Positions 10,934-20,569 of a stretch of DNA of 64,000 nucleotides are shown here, piece after piece; positions within the stretch are counted from its first letter, which is position 1; each line of letters starts with the position of its first letter. A program made the translations under genes and the position numbers. The DNA comes from Candidatus Sumerlaeota bacterium (GTDB lineage Bacteria > Sumerlaeota > Sumerlaeia > Sumerlaeales > Sumerlaeaceae): contig JAPLSQ010000084.1 of NCBI GenBank assembly GCA_026398535.1, positions 2,313 to 66,312 on the forward strand, given 5' to 3'. The notes below the pieces were generated by a model. That model did not search any database and was not told the DNA's origin. It saw only the letters and a list, made by a program, of their open reading frames with translations.

Positions 10934-13399
10934 TCACCGCCTTCGGAATCGTGAATTCCACAACACCACAGCCGCCTGTCCGGCTGAAATGCAACCATCA
11001 TTGGGCGGTATTCGCTGATGCCAGTACGGCTCAAATCCTGCCGCATCGAGCCGTAGGACGGCTTGTTCGGTAAGAAACCTGTTCTGAAAACATCCGCCTG
11101 TGAGAACAATTCGCTTTTGGCCGGATTTTTCCGCTACCGAAAGAAGCATCTCCACAAGCGAAACATGAAACTTTACGGAAATCTCAACAAAAGAAACACC
11201 ATTATCAAGCTCGTCAAGGATTGTGCGGATGAGCGGCTGCCAGTCAACAATAAATTCCGGTGCGAACCGATGCGCGCGGTCGGTGAGATGGAGGGTATGG
11301 CGTTCGGCAACAATCCTATCTGGTTCCCTGATTTCAAAGGGGTAATGCTCCGCCGTTCCTGTCGCGTTGCTTGTCAGAAACTCCAATTCCATGGCGGCCT
11401 GTCCCTCAAAATTTGAATACTGGCGCAAACCCGCCAGTGAGGCGATGGCGTCAAACAGCCGGCCGGCACTCGATGTCAGGGGCGCATTCATGCGCCGTTC
11501 AAGCGCACGGCGCAAAGCGGATAATTCGTCCGCCGAAAAGGCGTCGAGCGGCGCAAGGCGGGTCCGCCGCGGCGCATCAAACAGCTCATCGCCAAAGATC
11601 GCATAGAGGACCCCAAGGGCCGCGCGGCGCGGTTCCCGCACCGCCTTGTCGCCCCCGGGAAGGGGAAACGGCCGCAGAGAAGCAAATCGCCGGAATTCCG
11701 GATTATGAATGTTGAATTCCGAGTGCGATGGCACAATGATAAATTCACCGCCCCAAATCGTGCCGTCCAAACCGTAACCCGTGCCGTCCCATGAGACGCC
11801 CAGCACGGGGCCGTCGATTTCGTTTTCAGCCATGCACGCGGCCACATGCGCATAATGATGCTGAACCGAAATGACAGGCAAATCCAGCGCGCGGGCGTAT
11901 TGTGTCGACATATAGTCGGGATGCGCGTCGCACGCGGCCACCGCGGGGGTGAACTCGTAAAGTATTCGAAAACTGTCAATGACGCGCCTGAATGCCTCGT
12001 AAGATTGCGCCGTGTCGAGATCGCCAATATGCTGGCTGATGAATATATTGCCGCCTATGGCCGCCGAAATGGTGTTCTTCAAATGGCCGCCCACAGCAAG
12101 AACGTTGCGGGCTGGATCGTTGATCCCGCCAACTTCCCCGATCCCGCCCAAAAATTGCATCGGCAACGGCAAAGGAGCATAACCCCGGGCGCGGCGCATG
12201 ACGAGTTCGCGGCCCAGGATGACGCGCGCCACGGAGTCGTCGACATGGCGCGCGATGGGACGATTGTGCACAAGAAACACATCGGCAATGCCGCTCAGAC
12301 GCTCAAACGCCTCCTGTTCGTCCGTGCAGATTGCCTCGTCGGAGAGATTGCCGCTCGTGGCCACAACAGGAAATCCCAGCATGCGCATAAGAATATGATG
12401 CAACGGAGTGTAGGGAAGCATGACGCCAAGATAAGGATTGCCTGGAGCAAGAGAGGAGGACAAAGAATCCCGTTGCGCGCGGGATCGCCGATCCCGCACG
12501 CGCTTGAGCAGGACGATGGGGGATTCGGGCGAGGCAAGCAGCCGCGCCTCCATTTCCGAAACATCGCATTGCCCGCGCACCGCATCCATTCCGGGGAACA
12601 TGACCGCGAACGGTTTTTCCTCGCGCTGTTTGCGTTCGCGCAGACGCCGCACGGCGCCGTCGTTGCGCGCGTCGGTCATGAGGTGGAATCCCCCCAGACC
12701 CTTCACGGCGGCGATCAGTCCGCGGCAAAGCGCCTCGGCCGCGGTGTCAATGGGCGGCATGTCCCATAATTCCGGATTTCGGATTCCCAATTGCGGATCA
12801 ATGGGATTGGGCCAGAGTTCAAGATGCGGGCCGCAGACAGGACATGCATTGGGCTGGGCGTGAAAACGTCTGTCCAAAGGATTGTCATATTCGGCGCGGC
12901 AGGCGGGGCACATTGCGAACAGGCGCATTGTGGTATTGGGGCGGTCGTAGGGCAGGCTCTGGATGATGGAAAACCGCGGGCCGCAATTTGTGCAATTGGT
13001 GAACGGGTAGAGATGACGCCGGTCGGCGGGATTAAAGATTTCGCGCAGGCAGTCCGTGCAGGTCGCGATATCGGCCATGACCAGCACGGATTTTTCTCCG
13101 GCGCTGTCGCTCTCGCGGATTTCAAAGCCGCTGAATCCCGCGGGGGCGAGCCATGATGACTCGAGGCTCTGGATAAACGCGCGCGGCGGCCGCTCAAGCT
13201 CAAGGCGCAACAGGAACTCCCGCTGGCGCTCGTGATCGCCCTCGACCTCGATGAACACGCCCGCGGATGTGTTGCTCACCCAGCCCGCAAGCTTGAGTTC
13301 CGCAGCCAGCCGGTACACGAATGGGCGAAATCCAACGCCTTGGACAGCTCCCCGTATCACAACACGCAACCGCCGGTTTTTCAGGCTGGCGGTCATCAT
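10934..13399 (-). CDS. hypF: Carbamoyltransferase HypF
   Basis: Acylphosphatase GAVQGVGFRPF, two zinc fingers, KGLGGFHL, RRARGYAP, VQHHYAH, DGTGYG, TSSAGRLFD, PPNDG. Confidence 0.96.
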   Translation of the reverse strand: MMTASLKNRRLRVVIRGAVQGVGFRPFVYRLAAELKLAGWVSNTSAGVFIEVEGDHERQREFLLRLELERPPRAFIQSLESSWLAPAGFSGFEIRESDSAGEKSVLVMADIATCTDCLREIFNPADRRHLYPFTNCTNCGPRFSIIQSLPYDRPNTTMRLFAMCPACRAEYDNPLDRRFHAQPNACPVCGPHLELWPNPIDPQLGIRNPELWDMPPIDTAAEALCRGLIAAVKGLGGFHLMTDARNDGAVRRLRERKQREEKPFAVMFPGMDAVRGQCDVSEMEARLLASPESPIVLLKRVRDRRSRAQRDSLSSSLAPGNPYLGVMLPYTPLHHILMRMLGFPVVATSGNLSDEAICTDEQEAFERLSGIADVFLVHNRPIARHVDDSVARVILGRELVMRRARGYAPLPLPMQFLGGIGEVGGINDPARNVLAVGGHLKNTISAAIGGNIFISQHIGDLDTAQSYEAFRRVIDSFRILYEFTPAVAACDAHPDYMSTQYARALDLPVISVQHHYAHVAACMAENEIDGPVLGVSWDGTGYGLDGTIWGGEFIIVPSHSEFNIHNPEFRRFASLRPFPLPGGDKAVREPRRAALGVLYAIFGDELFDAPRRTRLAPLDAFSADELSALRRALERRMNAPLTSSAGRLFDAIASLAGLRQYSNFEGQAAMELEFLTSNATGTAEHYPFEIREPDRIVAERHTLHLTDRAHRFAPEFIVDWQPLIRTILDELDNGVSFVEISVKFHVSLVEMLLSVAEKSGQKRIVLTGGCFQNRFLTEQAVLRLDAAGFEPYWHQRIPPNDGCISAGQAAVVLWNSRFRRR

Positions 13400-13520
13400 G
13401 GTTCCGATCTGTTCACAAAATATTTGTCACAAAGACACGAAGAAAAGACAAAAGGGCGGGTTGCCTCACTTCGAATCCTGTTGTCAGGCGCCCGCGTGTG
13501 TCGCGGTGATCCGCGGCGCG

Positions 13521-14711
13521 TTATTCCTCGTCAGCGGGCGCGCCGTCATACTCATCATTGGACTGGCCAGCCTCATCGTTCTGGCCGGATTCCAGCGGCT
13601 TGAGCTCGTTGAGCTTGATGGGCATGACAAGATAGAAATTGTCGGATTCATCGGCAGCGCGGAAGACGGCGGGCGATCCGGGGCTGTTGGCCTGCAGGAG
13701 TATCTGCTCGTGATCGAGGGATTTCATGACCTCGGACAGAAATTTGTAGTTGAAAGCAATCTTGTAATCCTCACCGTCCACCTCGGCGGGCAATTCTTCG
13801 CGGATGATGCCCTTCTCGTAATTTTCGGCTTCGAGCACAACCTGATTGCCGCTGAAGGTGAGGAACACGGACAGGCTCTTGATATCGCTGATGGTGATGG
13901 CGCGGCGGATGGCCGCCGACATGGCGGCGTGAGGGAACTTCAGCCGGCGGGCGAATTCTTTGGGCACGACGGCGTTGTAATTGGGATATTTTCCCTCGAT
14001 GAGATTAGTAATGTAAAAGACGTTGTCGAAGCGGAAGCCGATTTGTTTTTCGTCAACAATGACGGACACGACACCCTTGTCGCCAAGCGAATGCATCAGC
14101 AGATCGAGCATCTTGTGGGGCACGATGACATTGATATCCTCACTGATCAATTCAGTCTGAGCGGTGGTGCGCGCAAAAGCCATGATCTTGCCATCAGTGG
14201 CTACGGCCGACAGGCTTCCCGCGCGCGCCTCGAACAGCGCGCCGAGTAGCGTCCTGCGGGGGTCGCGCAAGGGAACGGAGAAAATGATCTTGCTGATGAG
14301 CGTTTTCAAGTCGCGCTGGGCGACATCGAATGTCAGAGTCGCATTGATTTCGGGAAAAGCGGGGAAATCACGCGCCGGAAGTGTCGCAAGGTCGCAACGA
14401 ATGCCCTTGGACAAAATTCTTGCGCCCTTTTCCCTGACTTCCAGCACAACATCCTGGTCTTCGGGCAATTCTTTGACCAGGTCATGGAAGGTTTTGGCGG
14501 GCACAGTCGTGACGACATCTTCGTCAACGACCGCTGGCACTTCGATGCGCGCGCGCGTTTCATAATCGGTGGCCATCAGACTGACCATCGATTCGCTTTC
14601 GCTCTTGATCAAAGCGTTGTACAGTATTGGCAGTGTGCAGGCGGGATTGATGATATCCTGCGCGATGGCCGCCGCCGGCAGAAGGTCGGCCTTTTTGAAT
14701 TTAATGCGCAT
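13521..14711 (-). CDS. dnaN: DNA polymerase III beta sliding clamp
   Basis: LPILYNALI, MATDYE, VATDG, LIEGKYPNY, IAFNYKFL, C-terminal YLVMPIKL; acidic tail. Confidence 0.92.
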   Translation of the reverse strand: MRIKFKKADLLPAAAIAQDIINPACTLPILYNALIKSESESMVSLMATDYETRARIEVPAVVDEDVVTTVPAKTFHDLVKELPEDQDVVLEVREKGARILSKGIRCDLATLPARDFPAFPEINATLTFDVAQRDLKTLISKIIFSVPLRDPRRTLLGALFEARAGSLSAVATDGKIMAFARTTAQTELISEDINVIVPHKMLDLLMHSLGDKGVVSVIVDEKQIGFRFDNVFYITNLIEGKYPNYNAVVPKEFARRLKFPHAAMSAAIRRAITISDIKSLSVFLTFSGNQVVLEAENYEKGIIREELPAEVDGEDYKIAFNYKFLSEVMKSLDHEQILLQANSPGSPAVFRAADESDNFYLVMPIKLNELKPLESGQNDEAGQSNDEYDGAPADEE

Positions 14712-14964
14712 ATAGCGCGTGCTCCTTTAGTCTTATACAAGCATCCCTGTTGCGGCGCGAGATTCGCAACTGATTCGGATTGAGAAACCTGTCTGGAAAA
14801 TAATTTGCGACAAGTCCGCTCGAACACAAGAAATATTTTGGATTTTTAATCTTAATCGGGCGCACACTGTCTGGCTTGCGGCTTCGCTGGAAAACTATCC
14901 GGCATCTGATGCGCGAATCGCAAGTTTTGATGATGGCGCCGCCGCGCAACAGAGGATGATTGCC

Positions 14965-15408
14965 TTATGCGGTTGTCTTGCCGGCTTTGACGCCGCCGAC
15001 CTTATGGGTTTTGGGTTCCTTGGGAACGCGGTCGATGAGTTCGATGAAAGCCATGGGCGCGCCATCGCCCATGCGCGGGGCTGTCTTGACAACGCGCGTG
15101 AAACCGCCGTTCCGGGCGGTATAACGCGGAGCGATGTCGGTGAACAGGCGCTTGACCGCCTCTTTGTTGTTCAAGCGGGCGAAAGCCAGCCGCCGCTTGG
15201 CCAGTCCGGCGCCGGCATCGTCCCTGGCCGCCAAGCCGTCCTTGGCGATGGTGATCAGGCGCTCCACAAACTGGCGGAGTTGCTTGGCCTTTGGCTCGGT
15301 GGTGCGGATGATCTCGTGCTCGATGAGAGCCGCCGCAAGGTTGCGCATGAGCGCGGTGCGGTGTTCGGTGGTGCGGTTCAGCCGCGAACGATGACGACGA
15401 TGGCGCAT
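14965..15408 (-). CDS. rplQ: 50S ribosomal protein L17
   Basis: MRHR...[36 protein letters not shown]. Confidence 0.97.
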   Translation of the reverse strand: MRHRRHRSRLNRTTEHRTALMRNLAAALIEHEIIRTTEPKAKQLRQFVERLITIAKDGLAARDDAGAGLAKRRLAFARLNNKEAVKRLFTDIAPRYTARNGGFTRVVKTAPRMGDGAPMAFIELIDRVPKEPKTHKVGGVKAGKTTA

Positions 15409-15455
15409 GATAGTGTTTCCTTGTCCTGTCTAACCCTTAGTAATGCTGTGCCGGC

Positions 15456-16493
15456 CTACTTGTCAGAGTTCGAGGCCGCCGGCAGGCCGGTTTCCTTGTC
15501 GATGGTCATGCCGAAGCGCAACCCCATATCCTTGAGGATGTTCTTAATCTCGGTGAGCGACTTGCGGCCGAAGTTACGGTACTTGAGCATCTCGCTCTCG
15601 GTCTTCTGGATAAGATCGCGGATGGTCTTGATGCCCGCGGCTTCAAGACAGTTATAGGAGCGGACGCTGAGTTCGAGTTCCTCGATCGACTTTTCGAGCT
15701 TTTCCTCGAGTGAGGCGGTGGCGGATGCCGCCTGTTGCTCCTCTTCCTGTGCGGCCAACTCGGCCGCCCGGTCCTTCATTGAGATAAAAATGTTGAGGTG
15801 GTCGCGCAATACCTTGGCGGCATAACTGATGGCTTCCTCGGGTTTGACGGTGCCGTCGGTGTAGGCTTCGATGATCAGGCGGTCGTAATCCGTGCGTTGC
15901 TGAACGCGGGCCGCCTCGACCGAGAATATCACATTGGTGATGGGCGTGAAAACGGCATCAACAAAAATGGTGCCGAAGGGCATGGGCGTGGCGCATTGTT
16001 CCTTGAGCTGGGGCGCGCTAACGTAGCCGCGGCCCAACTGCGCGCAGCATTCCATCTGAAGCGACGCGCCCGCCGCCAGAGTGGCAATATGCTGATCGGG
16101 ATTTAGAATTTCCATGGCGCCATTAGTTTCAAAATCGGCGGCCGTGACGACGCGTATTTCTTTTGCGGGCGCCTTGACATCCAGCCGGATCATCGTTTCA
16201 CCGGTGCGCATGCCGGCAAACTTGATGTTCAGGCTCTTTAAGTTGAGAATGATGTCGAGGATGTCTTCCTTGACGCCGTCGATGGTGTCAAACTCGTGGG
16301 TTTTGCCCGCGATTCTGACCCATGTGATCGCGGCGCCTTGGATGGAACTGAGCAGAATGCGCCGCAGGGAATTGCCGATCGTCGTGCCAAAGCCCCGCTC
16401 GAAGGGTTCCGCGATGAATCTGCCGTAAGACGAGGTGAGCGTTTCCTTGTCCGGGACAAGCTCACGTGGCATTTTGAGAGGTTTGAAGTCCAT
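15456..16493 (-). CDS. rpoA: RNA polymerase alpha subunit
   Basis: EPFERGFGTTIGNSLRRILLSS, GRGYV, ARVQQRTDYD, ELSVRSYNCL, NFGRKSLTEI. Confidence 0.98.
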   Translation of the reverse strand: MDFKPLKMPRELVPDKETLTSSYGRFIAEPFERGFGTTIGNSLRRILLSSIQGAAITWVRIAGKTHEFDTIDGVKEDILDIILNLKSLNIKFAGMRTGETMIRLDVKAPAKEIRVVTAADFETNGAMEILNPDQHIATLAAGASLQMECCAQLGRGYVSAPQLKEQCATPMPFGTIFVDAVFTPITNVIFSVEAARVQQRTDYDRLIIEAYTDGTVKPEEAISYAAKVLRDHLNIFISMKDRAAELAAQEEEQQAASATASLEEKLEKSIEELELSVRSYNCLEAAGIKTIRDLIQKTESEMLKYRNFGRKSLTEIKNILKDMGLRFGMTIDKETGLPAASNSDK

Positions 16494-16514
16494 TCAGTGT
16501 CTCCTGACCTTTGC

Positions 16515-17141
16515 TTACTTCGAGTAAAGTTCGACGATGAGCTGTTCTTTCACTGAGACGGGGATGTCCTCGCGCGAGGGAACGCTGAGAATCCTGCCCG
16601 TGAATGTATCGGGGTTCCATTCGAGCCATTGCAGGCGCCCGCGGCTGTTCGTTTCCTCAAGGCATGCCAGAATCTGCTTATTGGCGCGTGCGCTTTCATG
16701 GAGCATGATATCCTGGCCCGGGCGGGCAAGGAACGAGGGGATATTGACGCGCCGCCCGTTGACCATGATGTGGCCGTGGCGGACAATCTGGCGCGCCTGG
16801 CAACGCGAGGCGCCGATGCCAAGACGATAGACCAGGTTGTCAAGCCGGCGTTCCAGCAATTGCAACAGGACGGTGCCCGTGACGCCGCGGTAGCGGTCGG
16901 CCAGCGCGAAATAACGGCGGAACTGGCGCTCGAGTACGCCATAGATGCGCTTGGCTTTCTGCTTTTCGCGCAACTGCTGGCCGTAAGTGGAAAGTTTGGT
17001 GCGGGCCTGGCCATGCTGGCCGGGGGCATAATTTCTGCGGTCAATGGCGCACTTGCCTGTCGCGCAACGCGCGCCCTTGAGAAAGAGCTTTTCGCCTTCT
17101 CGCCGACAGAGCCGGCATTTTGCGTCGTGATAACGTCCCAC
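16515..17141 (-). CDS. rpsD: 30S ribosomal protein S4 (zinc-binding type)
   Basis: GTG start at 17141 with AGGAGG at 17155-17160; CRLCRREG, PGQHG, QLREKQK, LERRLDN, LIVELYSK. Confidence 0.96.
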   Translation of the reverse strand: MGRYHDAKCRLCRREGEKLFLKGARCATGKCAIDRRNYAPGQHGQARTKLSTYGQQLREKQKAKRIYGVLERQFRRYFALADRYRGVTGTVLLQLLERRLDNLVYRLGIGASRCQARQIVRHGHIMVNGRRVNIPSFLARPGQDIMLHESARANKQILACLEETNSRGRLQWLEWNPDTFTGRILSVPSREDIPVSVKEQLIVELYSK

Positions 17142-17176
17142 GATTAAGTGGCTTCCTCCTTTTAATGTTCGCCCGC

Positions 17177-17250
17177 GCATGCCGTGAAGCATGCACCGAC
17201 GATTGCTGCCTTCGACTGGCATGGACGGGAAGTCCGTCAGTCATCGGCAC
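17177..17250 (-). promoter_or_regulatory. Candidate structured 5' leader of rpsD (multibranch RNA)
   Basis: mRNA outer stem GUGCCGAUGACUG/CAAUCGUCGGUGC encloses hairpins ACGG-ACUUC-CCGU and UGCC-AGUCGAA-GGCA. An overlapping GCAUGC-UUCACG-GCAUGC hairpin lies just upstream of the SD. Confidence 0.5.
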
Positions 17251-17336
17251 ATCAGCGGTTTACGGCGCGGCGCCCGGCGGTCTGATCGAAACCGTCTGGC
17301 GCTCTTTTTTCAAAGGAACGCCTTCATCCCGCGTTG

Positions 17337-17648
17337 CTACTCCAGCGGCGGGTGATGCTGCTTCCGCCACAGGTAAATAATTCCGGAACCCAGCACTGCC
17401 GCCGTCAACACGATCAGGGCAACATCGCCCGGTTCCGCGACCCCCTTGCGCAACGGACCCGCGAGGAGCAATCCGATGGCCAGAAGGCTTAAGATGACCC
17501 GGTTGCGCGTGCCCAGAGAGTGGCGTCTGAACGACAAAACACTCACCACTGCCACGATGACAACCAAGCCAAAAATCATTAATACTTTAAAATCAGTCAA
17601 ATCTTCACCATCGCCCCAAAGAGGGAACTTTGGCGCACATTCACACAT
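17337..17648 (-). CDS. Small hypothetical membrane protein (about 3 hydrophobic helices) inserted between rpsK and rpsD
   Basis: Hydrophobic segments VLMIFGLVVIVAVVSVLSF, VILSLLAIGLLLAG and VALIVLTAAVLGSGIIYLW. True start is probably downstream (~17600 or 17579). Confidence 0.55.
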   Translation of the reverse strand: MCECAPKFPLWGDGEDLTDFKVLMIFGLVVIVAVVSVLSFRRHSLGTRNRVILSLLAIGLLLAGPLRKGVAEPGDVALIVLTAAVLGSGIIYLWRKQHHPPLE

Positions 17649-17738
17649 ACACGACCAGTCTTTTGCTTGCCCATGGTCATGTCATCTTAAGTTTATAATT
17701 TTGATACACGGAGATTCATTGGCGCGGCGCGCCAGCAC

Positions 17739-18152
17739 TCAGACGCGCCGGCGTTTGGGCGGACGGCATCCGTTGTGAGGAATGGGCGTCACGTCCTTGA
17801 TCAGCGAAATTTCGAGTCCGACGGCCTGCAGGCTTCGGATGGCGGCTTCGCGTCCGCTGCCCGGTCCCTTGACAAACACCTTGACGGACTTCAGGCCGTG
17901 GTCCATGGCCTTGCGCGCGCATTGTTCAGCGGCAAGCTGGGCCGCAAATGGCGTACTCTTTCGCGATCCCTTGAAACCGGCCGTGCCGCTCGATGCCCAT
18001 GAGATCGTATTTCCGCGGTCATCGCTGATATTGATGATCGTGTTGTTGAACGTGGCATATAGATGCACCACGCCTGACGCAATGTTCTTGCGAACCTTTT
18101 TTTTGACTTTGGCGGCCGCGGCGGCGCCCTTCGTTGATTTTTTTTCTGCCAT
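17739..18152 (-). CDS. rpsK: 30S ribosomal protein S11
   Basis: [45 protein letters not shown]. Confidence 0.98.
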   Translation of the reverse strand: MAEKKSTKGAAAAAKVKKKVRKNIASGVVHLYATFNNTIINISDDRGNTISWASSGTAGFKGSRKSTPFAAQLAAEQCARKAMDHGLKSVKVFVKGPGSGREAAIRSLQAVGLEISLIKDVTPIPHNGCRPPKRRRV

Positions 18153-18158
18153 GCCTGG

Positions 18159-18536
18159 TTACTTGGTTTCCTTCTTTTTGATGCCGACGGTCTTGCGCGG
18201 CCCTTTGCGGGTGCGTGCGTTGGTGCGGGTGCGCTGGCCGCGCGCGGGCAATCCCTTGCGATGGCGCAGTCCGCGGTGGCAGCCGATGTCCATCAGCCGT
18301 TTGATATTCTGGCTGACCTCGCGCCGCACGTCGCCCTCAACCTTGACATCATTGATTATGATGGCGTTGATGCGTCCTACTTCGCCCTCTTCCAGATCGC
18401 GCACGCGTTTGTCCGGATTGATGTTCGCGCGCGACAGAATCCGGCGCGATGTCGTCAATCCAATGCCGTAAATGTAAGTAAGTCCAATCTCAACCCGCTT
18501 GTCGCGCGGCAGATCAACTCCTGCGATACGTGCCAT
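18159..18536 (-). CDS. rpsM: 30S ribosomal protein S13
   Basis: [33 protein letters not shown]. Confidence 0.98.
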   Translation of the reverse strand: MARIAGVDLPRDKRVEIGLTYIYGIGLTTSRRILSRANINPDKRVRDLEEGEVGRINAIIINDVKVEGDVRREVSQNIKRLMDIGCHRGLRHRKGLPARGQRTRTNARTRKGPRKTVGIKKKETK

Positions 18537-18539
18537 AGA

Positions 18540-18653
18540 TCACCCCTGACGCTGCTTGTGTTTGGGATTGGCGCAGATCACGCGCAGAACACCCTTGCGC
18601 TTGATCACCTTGCACTTGTTGCAAATCGGTTTTATCGAGGCTCGAACCTTCAT
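18540..18653 (-). CDS. rpmJ: 50S ribosomal protein L36 (below the ORF-track cutoff)
   Basis: Manual translation [37 protein letters not shown], located between infA and rpsM. Confidence 0.97.
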   Translation of the reverse strand: MKVRASIKPICNKCKVIKRKGVLRVICANPKHKQRQG

Positions 18654-18660
18654 GTTCCTT

Positions 18661-18966
18661 TCACTTGAACCTGTAAGTGATGCGCCCACGACTGAGATCG
18701 TAGGGCGAAAGCTCAACCATGACTTTGTCGCCAGGCAGAATGCGGATAAAATTCATGCGCATCTTGCCGGAAATATGCGCAAGGACAACCAGCCCGTTCT
18801 GCAACTCGACGCGGAACATGCAGTTGGGCAGAGGCTCGACCACTGTGCCTTCCAGTTCGATGCCCTTGTCCTGACTGCTCTGTCGCGCCGGCCGTTGCGT
18901 GCCGGTCAATTTCCCTTTTGCTATTGTCCGTTTTGTCGGCAAAGTCCTGTCAGACCGCGTTTGCAT
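18661..18966 (-). CDS. infA: Translation initiation factor IF-1, apparently N-terminally extended; start uncertain
   Basis: [47 protein letters not shown]. Confidence 0.93.
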   Translation of the reverse strand: MQTRSDRTLPTKRTIAKGKLTGTQRPARQSSQDKGIELEGTVVEPLPNCMFRVELQNGLVVLAHISGKMRMNFIRILPGDKVMVELSPYDLSRGRITYRFK

Positions 18967-19323
18967 ACACAAAGGCGGGCTTTTTCATTCAGAGAGCCGA
19001 CGAAGTTTGGATATTTTCAAGCTTGGACTTGTGGCGGGGCGCGCTGAACGGGCATGATTGTCGCATTCGCACGGCCCCGCCCAAATCCGGCCGAGAACAT
19101 CAACGACCATAAAAACCCACGCTGATTCCCCCAAAGGCGGGAGCGCTATAATAACAGCCTTTCTTTCAGGGATAGCAACACAATCATTTCCATTGCCGCT
19201 TTTCCGCGAACCGACAAGCACCCTTCAGGCTCGGTTTTCTGATTTACTTGGATGATTCACCAATGGATTGTTCGGATTATTGATATATTGTCATGGCAGA
19301 CATCGCATCACGGAGGCGCAATC

Positions 19324-20496
19324 ATGTTTGAGCAGCATATGGCCCTGTTAGTGACATTTCTTGCATTCAACCTGATGTTTGCCGCGCATTGCCGCGCGCA
19401 AACAACCACCACTCCGCAAACCGCTCCGGCCAGGGTCTCGATTGAAGGCCGGCTTGTCAACGAGCAAGGCCAGCCGGTCACAAGCGTCAGTATTTATACC
19501 CGGAGGACTCAGGGAGGCGCGCGCGGTTTTTATGGCGGCCGCATGGCCGGCTCCGGCGGCGCGTTCATCATTCCCAATCTTCCTGCCGGAGAGGCTGAGT
19601 TGAGTGTGTATGCCAATGGCTATGTGCCGCTGATCCGGAAAATGACAGCTCCCGCCAGCAGTGTGACACTGACGCTGTTGACGCAAGGAGCGGTAATCGA
19701 GGGGCGCGTTGTCGCGCGCGGAACGGGCGAACCGGTGGAGGGCGCGGTCATCAAGATCATGGGAATCACTGAGCCCCCCTCTTACCTGGGCGCCAGGATG
19801 CCGACGGTCAATACCATTTTATGGCACAAACCACCCCCTTCGCTCAAGGATGGCACGTTTGCGGTCGAGCACCTGCTGCCGGGAAAATACCAGCTTTCCG
19901 CGCGGACGGATCATCTGCGGCCTTACACGCCTCGAGCGGGGGCGATAGTGACATCTGAATCACTGGAACGCGATTTCATCACACTGGGTGAAAAGGAAAC
20001 CACGTCGGGCATTGAGCTTGTCGTCTTTCCCGGCTACACCTTGTCGGGCGTCATCACCGAGCGCGGCACCACTCATCCGCTCGAGGGAGTGACCGTTTCC
20101 ATGTCGAGCGGCATTGCCGGAAACGAGATGACCACGGTGACGGATTCAGCCGGGAATTATCGGCTTGATGGTGTTCCGTGCCTGGGGGGTGCGGTTCTCT
20201 CCTACTGGAAAAAGGGGTATGTAGCGGATGTGGCGGACACATTTCTTTTCCCCCCGGGTTCGGCTCCTGATCCCGGGGCCGACTCCATCATCAAACAGGT
20301 TGGTCTGCTCCCCATTTCGGCAGGGACTTCTAAGGCAAGCACGGACCCTCAGGAACGCATTATTCAGCATCAACAGCGCATCAACGAGATCACCCAGGAA
20401 CAGAAGGAGAACAAGCGAAAGGAGCAGCAGCGCGCCAGAGACGTCATCCGGGAAAACAAGAATGCCCGGCCGGGATCTGAGCCTGCTGGAAAATAG
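19324..20496 (+). CDS. Secreted protein with three carboxypeptidase-regulatory-like Ig domains and a C-terminal coiled coil
   Basis: GGAGG SD before ATG 19324; signal peptide; repeats IEGRLVNEQGQPV, IEGRVVARGTGEPVEGA, LSGVITERGTTHPLEGV and TDSAGNYRL. Confidence 0.75.
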   Translation: MFEQHMALLVTFLAFNLMFAAHCRAQTTTTPQTAPARVSIEGRLVNEQGQPVTSVSIYTRRTQGGARGFYGGRMAGSGGAFIIPNLPAGEAELSVYANGYVPLIRKMTAPASSVTLTLLTQGAVIEGRVVARGTGEPVEGAVIKIMGITEPPSYLGARMPTVNTILWHKPPPSLKDGTFAVEHLLPGKYQLSARTDHLRPYTPRAGAIVTSESLERDFITLGEKETTSGIELVVFPGYTLSGVITERGTTHPLEGVTVSMSSGIAGNEMTTVTDSAGNYRLDGVPCLGGAVLSYWKKGYVADVADTFLFPPGSAPDPGADSIIKQVGLLPISAGTSKASTDPQERIIQHQQRINEITQEQKENKRKEQQRARDVIRENKNARPGSEPAGK

Positions 20497-20569
20497 TCTG
20501 GCATTGAGGATGCGTTGGATGGCTGACTTTCGGCAAGACATGCCTAATGATTGGATTTGGATTAGACGA

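Noticed and set aside
13425-13455. Short purine-rich motifs CACAAAGACACGAAG, with similar ones at ~25160, ~26331 and ~54249
   Set aside because: Too short and degenerate to define a repeat family from this window alone.
14712-14964. Possible oriC upstream of dnaN
   Set aside because: No convincing DnaA boxes and no dnaA.
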